This document shows positions 19,048 to 28,223 of a stretch of 64,000 nt of DNA, one piece after another (within the stretch, counting starts at the first letter, position 1; every line of letters begins with the position of its first letter). Below the pieces are notes generated by a model. The model searched no databases and was not told the DNA's origin. It worked only from the letters and a program-made list of their open reading frames with translations. Both the position numbers and the translations under genes were made by a program. Origin of the DNA: a virus; IMG/VR virus record IMGVR_UViG_3300024520_000003, positions 6,745 to 70,744 of that record. The stretch is one strand, 5' to 3'.

Positions 19048-20743
19048 GGATTTCTCTCAGTGATTGACTCAGAAAACGGCCTTTCTTGGCCATGTTGTCC
19101 CATATAGGACGAACAATAGGCTTCAACCATGAATGATTCTTAAGAAATCTCGCCCAGGACACACCGTAACGGACATAGATTCTGATAAATAATGAGTCGT
19201 GAGTGCTACAGTAAAGTCTCGCCATCGTAGCGTCTTCACTTCCAACACCATAAAGCTCGTCAGCAACCCAGCAGCCGCCGCCGGGAATTGCCCTGATCAA
19301 TCTAATCGCAGTGGTAACCGCTCCACCGGCAAAATGGAGGGCGTCTTTTAAGTCATTAATTGACTGTGTTGTGGTGGTGTGCTCCGTGCCGCTGATTCCC
19401 TCCACCCTGTCGAGGCTTCTGTGTTCAGCTAGGCGAGATCTTCCCACCCACCGCTGACCCACACCTCCAACCCCATGGCTGATAGTTCCCACACCCCCTG
19501 GACTAAGCCCTGCTGCGGCAGTCTTTATGTTGACTCCCGGGGCCGTCATCATTCCAAGATTCATCGCACTTCCCGCTCCAGATGTTCTCATTGAGTCAAT
19601 CAGACCCTGTAAACCGCCTCCTTTTTCTGTCATTCCCTCAAGATTTCTCATAACACCCATCATTGATCCAGCACCGCGGGTTGCTCTTGCTAAGATCTGA
19701 GCTTTTGCGACTTGTCTGAATGGGGCAAGCAACTCCTGGCGAGTCTCCCCTATCATTCCAGTTAACCCAGCACCAAACTTCGCTCCACGCGTTCCTTGCC
19801 CTGGTGCTCTTGCTTCAATTTTTTCAGCCAATTCTGCCATCGCCGATTGGTTGAGGTTAAGTCCTTGGTTTGCCATTTGAGATGTTGCTTGTGAGATCAC
19901 TTGCAAATAGCTTTGAATGTTTCCGCCTCTCATTCCTGCGGTTTGTGCGGCTCCTGCTAGGCGAGTCACTGAACTCCGTTGCTGAGTTCCAAACTGGTGT
20001 ACATTCATTCCAACAGCACCCTGACCTGCGGCACTTTGGCCAACCATTCCTCCCATAAACCCAGCACCGACTCCTTGGGACATTAGCCTGAACATATCCC
20101 GTCGACCGAGCACTTGGCTTGCGTTTTGGACACCCGCTGCCTGTGAGAATTGACTTATTCCGCCAAGGGCCTCATCTCTTCCAATGCCCCAATTAGCACC
20201 CTCCCTGATGCTTTTGAAGGTGTTTGTTCCCGCAATTGGCCTCCCTCTGGCGTTAAGTGCGGGGCCACCTACGTCCTGATCAGCAGCAAGGGCAGCAGCC
20301 GTTGTAGGGATATTTCCACCAGAAGTAGCTGCTCTTGCGCGACCAAGTTGGTTGTATATTTGTTGAGACTGTTTTGCGTCTTGAACTCTTTGAGCAAAAC
20401 CGGCAACAGCGAGACCAGCAATAGGGAGGATGGTGGCCGCTCCGGCCTTCCTGAAGGCGTCACTATCACCAGCCGGGGATGTTGGTGCGGGTCTACCGCC
20501 TCCTCCTCCACTACCTCCACCACCAGTACCACCACCGCCTCCACCAGTACCTCCGCCACCGCCACCAGTACCGCCGCCACCGCCTCCGCCTCCGCCTCCG
20601 CCGCCTCCGCCGCCTCCGCCAAGGGAGAGACTTGAGGCTTTTCTTTGGAGGCGATCTAGGTCTTGCTCAAGGCTACGGATCGCCTGTTTGGCATCGCGGT
20701 CATCGGCTTTGATTTCAATTGTGGTGGTGTACTTGTCAGCCAT
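19040..20743 (-). CDS. tape measure protein with poly-Gly tract and CFI-box-like C-terminus
   Basis: Follows the chaperone pair; TTIEIKADD N-terminus, Ala/Gly/Gln-rich helical body; ends GGGCWVADELYG... Confidence 0.7.
   Translation of the reverse strand: MADKYTTTIEIKADDRDAKQAIRSLEQDLDRLQRKASSLSLGGGGGGGGGGGGGGGGGTGGGGGGTGGGGGGTGGGGSGGGGGRPAPTSPAGDSDAFRKAGAATILPIAGLAVAGFAQRVQDAKQSQQIYNQLGRARAATSGGNIPTTAAALAADQDVGGPALNARGRPIAGTNTFKSIREGANWGIGRDEALGGISQFSQAAGVQNASQVLGRRDMFRLMSQGVGAGFMGGMVGQSAAGQGAVGMNVHQFGTQQRSSVTRLAGAAQTAGMRGGNIQSYLQVISQATSQMANQGLNLNQSAMAELAEKIEARAPGQGTRGAKFGAGLTGMIGETRQELLAPFRQVAKAQILARATRGAGSMMGVMRNLEGMTEKGGGLQGLIDSMRTSGAGSAMNLGMMTAPGVNIKTAAAGLSPGGVGTISHGVGGVGQRWVGRSRLAEHRSLDRVEGISGTEHTTTTQSINDLKDALHFAGGAVTTAIRLIRAIPGGGCWVADELYGVGSEDATMARLYCSTHDSLFIRIYVRYGVSWARFLKNHSWLKPIVRPIWDNMAKKGRFLSQSLREILG
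20495..20620 (-). repeat. GGC/GGA/GGT codon repeat encoding a ~42-residue poly-Gly tract
   Basis: (GGCGGA)n-like run visible in the DNA. Confidence 0.95.
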
Positions 20744-20993
20744 CTAGTTGAAGCTCCCGTTCACGCTCGTCAAACCATTCGTCACCAGTGATAATGCCAT
20801 CATCGGTGATTTCTATCGAGATTTGATTAAACTGTTCGTCGTTCAGTCTCAAGAGAATCGCTTCCTCTATGTCAGAAAAGCAAAGGTAATCAAATCCAAG
20901 AGGATCGGTTTCACTTGGTTTAATCGGTGATGTCAATAGCCTCTGAATTGACTCGAAGCCAGGTACTGACCTCAGTTGCTTCGCCCGAATCAC
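20736..20993 (-). CDS. tail assembly chaperone, frameshift extension (gpGT-like)
   Basis: Overlaps the chaperone 3' end in the +1 frame; ends ...TGDEWFDERE... Confidence 0.6.
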   Translation of the reverse strand: MIRAKQLRSVPGFESIQRLLTSPIKPSETDPLGFDYLCFSDIEEAILLRLNDEQFNQISIEITDDGIITGDEWFDERERELQLDG

Positions 20994-21420
20994 TGCTTCG
21001 TCGAAAGTAGCGCAAATTGTGAGCCTCTAGGTGATCAAAAATCGACATCAAGAGAACATCGTCCTCCGAAGCCCATTTAGAGAGCCACTTAGGACACTCA
21101 ACAAGCTGAACCTCTAGTCTCGCCATTGCTAGGTATCGCATTTGAAGACCTGGAGGAAGGTTTTGAAGAGGTTGTCCTCCAGCCAAGTTCATCGCAGTTA
21201 GATCACAGAGTGTTTTGCTGCTACCCGTCATCACTCGACTAACTACCACAGCGGTGTGCTTGAACCCATCGGGGTCCGTGTACGAAAGATCAATGTTCAT
21301 CTCTCGTGGAACCGGGACGAGTGTTTCTGGTTTTGGTCCTTCGAGTGCTTTCTGGGCTTTTTCCTTAGCCCCTGACGGGGTTAGGTCGAGTTCGATTGGC
21401 TTTTTTACTGCTTCTGACAT
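20920..21420 (-). CDS. tail assembly chaperone (gpG-like)
   Basis: Lies between tube and tape measure; LVECPKWL motif; TTT CGA candidate shift site. Confidence 0.7.
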   Translation of the reverse strand: MSEAVKKPIELDLTPSGAKEKAQKALEGPKPETLVPVPREMNIDLSYTDPDGFKHTAVVVSRVMTGSSKTLCDLTAMNLAGGQPLQNLPPGLQMRYLAMARLEVQLVECPKWLSKWASEDDVLLMSIFDHLEAHNLRYFRRSSDSGEATEVSTWLRVNSEAIDITD

Positions 21421-21441
21421 TAGGTCGTGCTCCTTCTTGGT

Positions 21442-21861
21442 TTACTGGCTGTTCTCGTCATACATTCTGAGTGCCAAGAAGCTTACATTAGCAGTCATAA
21501 GACCGCGAGAGTCAATACTCCACGTTCTTGTTTGACATGCAAGTCCCTCGACGCGCCAGATTGTAACGTCTGTGATCGGATCGTAAATCTCAGCGGTCAT
21601 CTTTTTGAAGTTGATTACATCGGCGGTTCCACCCGTAACCCACACTCCCTGCTGAACCATGCTCTCCCCGAGAAGACGCATAGCAGATGCCTGGATAGTG
21701 ACAGATCTACCAGTGGCTTCGATTTCAACGGGATCAATGAAACCCATGACGTCGATAGGCTGCTGGCTAATGTTTTCACTAGCAGAAACACCAGTTGCCC
21801 AACCAACTTCCGTATTGTTTACAATAAATCGTGCTCTCGCACCTGATATAGCAGTAGGCAT
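21442..21861 (-). CDS. tail tube protein
   Basis: 139 aa directly after the sheath; ISGARA...VGWATGVS...NVSFLAL. Confidence 0.85.
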   Translation of the reverse strand: MPTAISGARARFIVNNTEVGWATGVSASENISQQPIDVMGFIDPVEIEATGRSVTIQASAMRLLGESMVQQGVWVTGGTADVINFKKMTAEIYDPITDVTIWRVEGLACQTRTWSIDSRGLMTANVSFLALRMYDENSQ

Positions 21862-21874
21862 GAAATCCTCCTAG

Positions 21875-23860
21875 TTACGCTGAAATTCTCTGAACCATCG
21901 CAGTAACTACGATGAAGTTCACAGGTTCGATTGGTGCCATTTGATAGGAGACCGTGAAGGTGTCTCCTAGATCTTCAACTGTGACTGAAGAATCAATAAA
22001 TGCTTTGATGATATCCTCAGCAACTTGATCATTGAGTCGTGCGATTGTCAGAGACCTGATTCGGCCCTTAGTGGTTATCTTTGCCGGATCTCCAATCATC
22101 GTTTCTAAGTTCGCTCGCAGGTCTCGGATTGACGTATTCACACTCTCAACTGAACTCATTTCACTGAAAATTGGGTTGTCATCAGTTTGATAAGTTGTGA
22201 TCGAGCGTTCGATTTTCGGACCGAGTCTGTCAGTTGTTACGAACGTCAGACCGTACTTTAGAAGCTCACTTGCGTCGGCAGTCGGTTTGATGGAGCTATT
22301 GTGTCCAACTGTGATCACATTGGGTCTTTTCCCAGTCAAAGGAGTGCCAACAGCGGTTCCTGACTGCATACCGGCGCACATGATCGCAAACGCGGATGGA
22401 GATAGTTTCTTTTCGTTTCCTGTAGGCCCAACCACTGTCGCATCGTCAAACACGAGTGAGATGAATCGACTGTTTAGTGCCGCAGATCTAACCTTCAACG
22501 CGCTCAAAGTGTCATCCTCTTCGGCACCAACCCAACCATTTCGCTCGTCACCGCCCTCTCCAGCCATCCGAACGCAGTGATCTCGCAGGGCAAGATGGAC
22601 ACCGCTAACACCAGAAACGTCAAGAAGGTCATTGGGTTTAGTGGCTACGATCTGGATAGACTCGGTTTCAATCGACTCAAACGCTTCTTGCCAGTTTGAG
22701 AGCGTTGGGGCCGCATACGTTCCACCAGCAAGTGAAACCGCACTAACGGTATTCGCTGGCTCCTCGTCAGCACCCGTTGCCTTCTCGACAGTCACTAAGG
22801 TGCTATTGACGAAAGCTTTAACCGCAGCGTAGACGTTTGCACTCATGTCAACTTGAACCGTCAAATTTACAGACGTGGCGTTATCTAACTCGTCCGAATC
22901 AATTGCAGTTGCCTGTGGTTCGTTGTTGGTTGCGGTGTATGCAGTGTGAGCATTTACCCGGGCAACGAAGTCAGACGCCTTGAGATAGTCAGATGTGGAT
23001 AGATTGAACGCATCCACTTCGATTTCCCAGGTTCCACCGAAGCCACCAACCGCAGCGTGAACCGTGGTAACTGCGCTGAACTCCTTGATGGTTGTCTTGG
23101 TGGTATTTGGAGCAACAAATGACAGGATCTCGGAGTCAGCGGCACCTGTGTTCTTATTTGTTCCATTGACTGTGATGGTTAACGTTTCAGCACCAGCTAA
23201 AGCAACGCTCGTGTTGATTTTCACAACACCGTCAAATGCAAGTTTCGTTGGGGACGCTGTTGCGTTCAAGCCATCCAACTTATTCACAATCACCAACCCA
23301 CTCGTGTTATCATACGCCAAACTCACATCCGAAGCCTCTTGTGGTGCGACGGCGGTATATTTGAAGGAAATAACGTCATCTAAACCAACATCGTCAAACA
23401 CCTCAGTCCGACCGTCCCTGAGAACTGTGTACTTCTTCCCGGAAGAGGTACCATTGGCGATAGTGGCGATAACTTTGTTTCCCGTCGGACCCCACGCCTT
23501 GGACTTCATTATAATGGATGGCTGACCATTAGCACCGTCGAAGGTGTTGTTTGCTTGGCCTACTGGAGCAACGTTGACAAGGGTTGTTCGGTTTGGTCCA
23601 CCTGTAACTCGGTCATCGCTTGCGGAGTTATAAAGAATTGACGCAAGCAGGGTTAGATCAATGTTCGAGAACTCTAAGTCAGCAAGACGGCGAAAAGATG
23701 CTGCGTGTGTTGGTGTGGCTGTTTCAAGAAAATCAAACTCACCAACGATGGCCACATTATTAATATCAAGCTCTCTACCCGCTAAAGCAGAGGCATCAAC
23801 TATTGAATAGACGCCTGGACGACGTGTAACAAGACCTTGGACATTTACTGAACTTGGCAT
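21875..23860 (-). CDS. contractile tail sheath protein
   Basis: RRPGVYS start, WGPTGN, PLTGK, C-terminal PIEPVNFI; 661 aa. Confidence 0.92.
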   Translation of the reverse strand: MPSSVNVQGLVTRRPGVYSIVDASALAGRELDINNVAIVGEFDFLETATPTHAASFRRLADLEFSNIDLTLLASILYNSASDDRVTGGPNRTTLVNVAPVGQANNTFDGANGQPSIIMKSKAWGPTGNKVIATIANGTSSGKKYTVLRDGRTEVFDDVGLDDVISFKYTAVAPQEASDVSLAYDNTSGLVIVNKLDGLNATASPTKLAFDGVVKINTSVALAGAETLTITVNGTNKNTGAADSEILSFVAPNTTKTTIKEFSAVTTVHAAVGGFGGTWEIEVDAFNLSTSDYLKASDFVARVNAHTAYTATNNEPQATAIDSDELDNATSVNLTVQVDMSANVYAAVKAFVNSTLVTVEKATGADEEPANTVSAVSLAGGTYAAPTLSNWQEAFESIETESIQIVATKPNDLLDVSGVSGVHLALRDHCVRMAGEGGDERNGWVGAEEDDTLSALKVRSAALNSRFISLVFDDATVVGPTGNEKKLSPSAFAIMCAGMQSGTAVGTPLTGKRPNVITVGHNSSIKPTADASELLKYGLTFVTTDRLGPKIERSITTYQTDDNPIFSEMSSVESVNTSIRDLRANLETMIGDPAKITTKGRIRSLTIARLNDQVAEDIIKAFIDSSVTVEDLGDTFTVSYQMAPIEPVNFIVVTAMVQRISA

Positions 23861-23874
23861 TTTCTACCTCTTTG

Positions 23875-24504
23875 TTAGACTGGCGTAACGCCACCTTTTT
23901 TTCCATTGATTACAATATCATCAGCATAGACTAAGAAACCTTTATGTTCACCCGGACCACCTGCATCGTCTACTGATATTTGTGAAACTACTTGCCATCT
24001 TTGCAGTCGCATCATAACCCCAAGATCATCAGGCAGTAAACCAGCTTCTGGCATAATATCCCCACCTCCGAGATATCTGACAGAAATAAAACCAGTTGCG
24101 AGCATTCTTGGTACAGATGCGAGCATCATACCTCTAACAACTTCATAGAGTGCGCGAAGTGCATCTGGGTTGTCGCAATACATTGTAAGGTGAATGGTGC
24201 TTGCTACTGTCATTTCATATATCGGTGTCAGTGATTCAATTCTGCCCAGGAAGTTCATGGGTTGATCTTCCATTGGTTCGTCTTCCTGATGTGCAACTAC
24301 TTGCGGAACTCTGGCTAAATCGACATTGAATCCAGGGGCAAATTGAACATAGCTACTATCACCGTCGGGAACAAGATAGTCGAACCACTGCTGTTTGATG
24401 GTGTCGTCGATATACGGAGGAATAAGAGCTTTCCATTTCGACATTTCAGTTGAAAGCTCTGCCCATCTTGTTTGAAGTGTCACTAGGGTGGCGAGATCTA
24501 TCAT
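23875..24504 (-). CDS. putative tail terminator/completion protein
   Basis: Position directly before the sheath gene; size. Confidence 0.5.
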   Translation of the reverse strand: MIDLATLVTLQTRWAELSTEMSKWKALIPPYIDDTIKQQWFDYLVPDGDSSYVQFAPGFNVDLARVPQVVAHQEDEPMEDQPMNFLGRIESLTPIYEMTVASTIHLTMYCDNPDALRALYEVVRGMMLASVPRMLATGFISVRYLGGGDIMPEAGLLPDDLGVMMRLQRWQVVSQISVDDAGGPGEHKGFLVYADDIVINGKKGGVTPV

Positions 24505-25313
24505 TTCACAAGCATCCTTGGGTCTGGTAGGAGTTTCGGAATATCACGAACCACTAGTCGGGCAATTCGCCTCGGTCTTATCCCAGGGTGATACCACGGT
24601 TTTCCCCCGTAGCTTATGATCCTAAATGTCACGAACTTCCCACCCATCTTTTTAGTTCCTGCTATCAGGTCGGTCTTGTGGGGCTGTGCGGTGACGGCTG
24701 TTCGCACACTGGTTTCGGGGTTGATTGAATAGACCGTTCTTGGACCGACTATCATTTTCGGGATAACCCCTGCTCTTATCACCTTCCAGCTTCCCGCTTC
24801 TTTTTGCATGAAAGGTTTCACCAGGACCTCTTTTTTCATGCCTTGAACCGCACGAACCCTCTTTTCGAGTTCCGCGTCGTCGTGTGCTAGATCTGTAGAC
24901 GACTTCCTGACCGTTTCAGCCATCTGTTCCTTGCCTCTAACGAATGGAATAGGTCTCCACTTCCCTTTCTTGCCCATCTTAGGCCATCCAGACCGACCTT
25001 TTGGCTTGTCCAGCAGGAACTTACGCATGTCGAACACGCCGTATGACCCCACGCCATTGGGACCGAGTCCTTGTTCAAACATGGCTGCGAACTTATGACT
25101 GAGCCTGACTATGACTTGATTTTCATTATAATCGACCACCTCGATGGCGTGCATGTATTTTGTCCGAGTCGACGCCGAGACATCACCAAGAATATGTCTA
25201 GCCTTGTTTTTCCAGTTGTTTTGAATTGCAAGACCAATGGAGTGCATATATCGCACTCTCTTTCCGGTATTCATGCCAAGATGCTCAGATAGTGTGATTC
25301 TAGCTTCAGCCAT
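24501..25313 (-). CDS. putative neck/tail completion protein
   Basis: Basic protein with FDMRKFLL, IPF, FVTFRIIS...WYHPG motifs like A511/K-type neck genes. Confidence 0.6.
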   Translation of the reverse strand: MAEARITLSEHLGMNTGKRVRYMHSIGLAIQNNWKNKARHILGDVSASTRTKYMHAIEVVDYNENQVIVRLSHKFAAMFEQGLGPNGVGSYGVFDMRKFLLDKPKGRSGWPKMGKKGKWRPIPFVRGKEQMAETVRKSSTDLAHDDAELEKRVRAVQGMKKEVLVKPFMQKEAGSWKVIRAGVIPKMIVGPRTVYSINPETSVRTAVTAQPHKTDLIAGTKKMGGKFVTFRIISYGGKPWYHPGIRPRRIARLVVRDIPKLLPDPRMLVK

Positions 25314-26395
25314 TAGTCATCACCCAACCACTCAAGCCAACATTCGCTAAGAACTGGGAGACTTGTGAACTCTGGATTAGCGGTTTTCCTCTGAACGAAT
25401 GTGTCCCTGTATGTATAGGGGTTTGATTTACAGACGTAGACCGGATGGCAGTAGTATTGAATCCCATACCTAGACCCGACTGCGGGTGCCTTTCCTCCCG
25501 TGAAAGATGCTGAGGTGTCTCCCGGACTTAGTGTAACAGAATCTTCCTCACGCAGGGTAATTGTCGTGGCTGTCAGGCTCTCTATGTACTTGATTCCATC
25601 GTTGCCAGGGGTTCCTGCACCGGATATTTCTATTCTAGATCCAGCACTAAACCCGTCGGTTATCCAACTCCCACCATCATTTCTTTCTATATTTCTAGGC
25701 AGAACGAAGTCCACACCCGCTGGATTGGCAGGAGTGCTCGCAGAGTCCCCAAGGCTCCAGTCTATTTGACCCGTGTTTGTCACCGTGAAGTCGGTTCCCT
25801 CGGACAGGACCGCAGGTTCACCCACTGCGGTGATTATCCGGCCTTCAGAATCAGTTGCGTTGCAGTGTAGAGCGCCGATTGTGACTGTGTTTGGGACGAC
25901 TTGATTACCGACGGTTCCAATCTTGAAAGTTCGATCCACGACTGGATATCTAAGCGACTCTGGTGAGGTTTTTCGCTCCCTGTTCTCAGTGTAGGTCATT
26001 ACAGAGTCTTTCAGCGTGAATCTGTCCATGAAGGACACTAGGTGCTCGGGAAGGGTTGTGATCTTAGCCATTCCCTTAGAATTCAGTCCATAGTTCGCGA
26101 ATCGCTCAGGCTCACGGGACGAACTTAGAACGAGTGCTGGAATCTCTTGCTTGGAGTGATGAACCCATCCACGACCCCTGCAGTTAGGGCAGTTGCTTCT
26201 TTTTTCCAGCGTGTCCCCTGTCATGGATATTAGTGATGATGATAGCGTGAGTCGTTGTTGACATGCGCATAGCGCCGCCATCTCCCAGTCCACCATCATT
26301 CCATGAGTTAGTATTTCACGACGGAGTTTGTCTGGCTCAAAGTCTACCCGTGGAACGAGCTTAGGAACTTCTAAAGCGGGAAGAATCTTTGACAT
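25313..26395 (-). CDS. putative head closure/neck protein
   Basis: WEMAALCAC...CPNCRGRGW, DRFTL; position. Confidence 0.65.
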   Translation of the reverse strand: MSKILPALEVPKLVPRVDFEPDKLRREILTHGMMVDWEMAALCACQQRLTLSSSLISMTGDTLEKRSNCPNCRGRGWVHHSKQEIPALVLSSSREPERFANYGLNSKGMAKITTLPEHLVSFMDRFTLKDSVMTYTENRERKTSPESLRYPVVDRTFKIGTVGNQVVPNTVTIGALHCNATDSEGRIITAVGEPAVLSEGTDFTVTNTGQIDWSLGDSASTPANPAGVDFVLPRNIERNDGGSWITDGFSAGSRIEISGAGTPGNDGIKYIESLTATTITLREEDSVTLSPGDTSASFTGGKAPAVGSRYGIQYYCHPVYVCKSNPYTYRDTFVQRKTANPEFTSLPVLSECWLEWLGDD

Positions 26396-27172
26396 TTACA
26401 TGATCAACATTTGGGGTAGACGCCAGTCGCGTTTGACATTCTTCGTCAGAATCTTAAGCCGCTTCTGGTAGCTTAAAATCCTTGCTCCGTACCCTGCATT
26501 GGTTGCACTGCTGGTCGTATTTATTGAAGTGCTTAGACCATCCATTGAAATTGACTTAGAGGCAATGCCCGCCCCAACAATAAGGTCACCAGCGGTATCT
26601 AAGGGCAGAAGTGCGGCAGTTAGTCCGATCATATCCACTATTGCGGGAGGAATTGGGAAATTCACGCCAACACCGCCTTTGAGGCCATCAAACCCCGCTT
26701 TATAGGTTACCTTCCACCACAGAGGGGTGTAGGGCCGTCCATAGAAGCCCACCAGTCCAACAAAGGGCGTTCCTCCCGTAAATACCACGGATTGCATCCC
26801 GCTAGGACCTGGGATGACCTGAAGCTGTCCACCTCTCTCGCTGGCTATATTTGCCCAGTCTAGTGGAATGGTGGTTGGACCGTATTGACCGTATTGAACC
26901 TCAAGCTTAACAATCTCAACGAGTGGGCGTCTTTTGGTCTGAAGAAGCCAAAATGTGTCACCAGCCCAGTCCAGAACGTCCAATCGGTCTGAATATTCGT
27001 TTAGATCGTCCAGAATGATGTCTAATTCAGCCTCTATGGTTGAGATGGCTGAATCTATCGCGTGGGTGTATAAGGCGTCTGGATATGGGTTATTCTGGTC
27101 GTCGGTTAGATCAATGCCGACGAGATATCTATCTTTGAGCCATTGTGCAGTGAGGGTGTCTGTGAGTGCCAT
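26396..27172 (-). CDS. putative head-tail adaptor
   Basis: GIDL, IEAELDI, YKAGF, GAGIASKSISMDGLS...TTSSA...YGARI. Confidence 0.7.
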   Translation of the reverse strand: MALTDTLTAQWLKDRYLVGIDLTDDQNNPYPDALYTHAIDSAISTIEAELDIILDDLNEYSDRLDVLDWAGDTFWLLQTKRRPLVEIVKLEVQYGQYGPTTIPLDWANIASERGGQLQVIPGPSGMQSVVFTGGTPFVGLVGFYGRPYTPLWWKVTYKAGFDGLKGGVGVNFPIPPAIVDMIGLTAALLPLDTAGDLIVGAGIASKSISMDGLSTSINTTSSATNAGYGARILSYQKRLKILTKNVKRDWRLPQMLIM

Positions 27173-27227
27173 CGCGCCTCCATCGTATCATTGTTCGTCG
27201 TCAGAGTGCGACGGCTTATCTCATAGA

Positions 27228-27923
27228 CTAACTGGTGATGGCTGAATTTGGTGCAGTGCAACTAACCTCAAGCGATTCCAGTTGAGCAATGTTTGCAGCG
27301 TTGGCAGAGGACCATACGCCTGTGACGGCCAATTTAGGTTGAATTCCGAGTGCATCTGTATCGAAATCCGCAACACCGAATCCGAGACCGACGGGAGCGT
27401 TGTTCGTTCCAGCGAAGTTGTTTGCACCGTTTGCAGTGGACACATGGTTCAAAGCACCCGAAGCACCAACCTCTCCCACGACTATTTCAGAGGTGAGGTA
27501 GATTGCATCATCGGCTGCCGCATCCTTTGCGCCTGTAGCAACCAGTGACAGGTTATTGGCGGCAGTTGCGTCATCACCGACTCGGAGTCGAAGGTTTAAG
27601 GTGTCGGCAGCGTTATCGCCTGTGACTGTTACAAAAGCGCGAATGGAGATCTTAGTTCCAACCGCGAGATCACCGCGAGTTCCGTCGTCACTTGGTGTGA
27701 ACAGATCCCAACTAGTAGCAAATTCAACCTCAGAATTTCCAGTAATCGTGTCAGCAGTCGGAACCACAACACCCGCTGAACCTGCCTCTGCGCGATTCGC
27801 TAAAGATTGTGATTGACGTGCTCGTTGAGTCAATTTGTTGGCAAGACGATCTGGTTCAGATAGGTCTGCATGTTTTGCTTCATCAGCGGTGAGCATAGTT
27901 GCTAGAGTGGAATCAAAGGCCAT
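27228..27923 (-). CDS. putative capsid decoration/structural protein
   Basis: Ala/Gly/Thr-rich, beta-rich; lies just downstream of the capsid gene. Confidence 0.5.
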   Translation of the reverse strand: MAFDSTLATMLTADEAKHADLSEPDRLANKLTQRARQSQSLANRAEAGSAGVVVPTADTITGNSEVEFATSWDLFTPSDDGTRGDLAVGTKISIRAFVTVTGDNAADTLNLRLRVGDDATAANNLSLVATGAKDAAADDAIYLTSEIVVGEVGASGALNHVSTANGANNFAGTNNAPVGLGFGVADFDTDALGIQPKLAVTGVWSSANAANIAQLESLEVSCTAPNSAITS

Positions 27924-27929
27924 GATCTC

Positions 27930-28211
27930 TTATCCTTTTTTCTTCTTTGTTTTGGATTTAGAAGGAGCAGGGGAGGCTTTGGGCTTCTCCTGCTCCTTCT
28001 CTTTTTTAGGTGAAGAACTCGACGACGAGGGTGGTGATGCCTTTTTCACGGGCTTTTCTTCAGCCACGAACTCGAACTCAGGAAGAAACCGGACCACGGC
28101 CTCCAAATCACCCTCTGGTGCGGGTGAGATGGTTCCATCATCGGAAACGTCAAGAACGCTTCCATTGATCAGGATATTACTACTTCTTAGAGTTTTATGT
28201 CGCCAAGCCAT
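27930..28211 (-). CDS. hypothetical protein with Lys/Ser/Pro-rich tail
   Basis: GAGGTG RBS; follows the capsid gene. Confidence 0.6.
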   Translation of the reverse strand: MAWRHKTLRSSNILINGSVLDVSDDGTISPAPEGDLEAVVRFLPEFEFVAEEKPVKKASPPSSSSSSPKKEKEQEKPKASPAPSKSKTKKKKG

Positions 28212-28223
28212 TGTCTACACCTC

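Noticed and set aside
20150-20747. Poly-Pro, Ser/Thr/Ala-rich and alternate-frame ORFs
   Set aside because: Shadows of the poly-Gly codon repeat in the tape measure gene.
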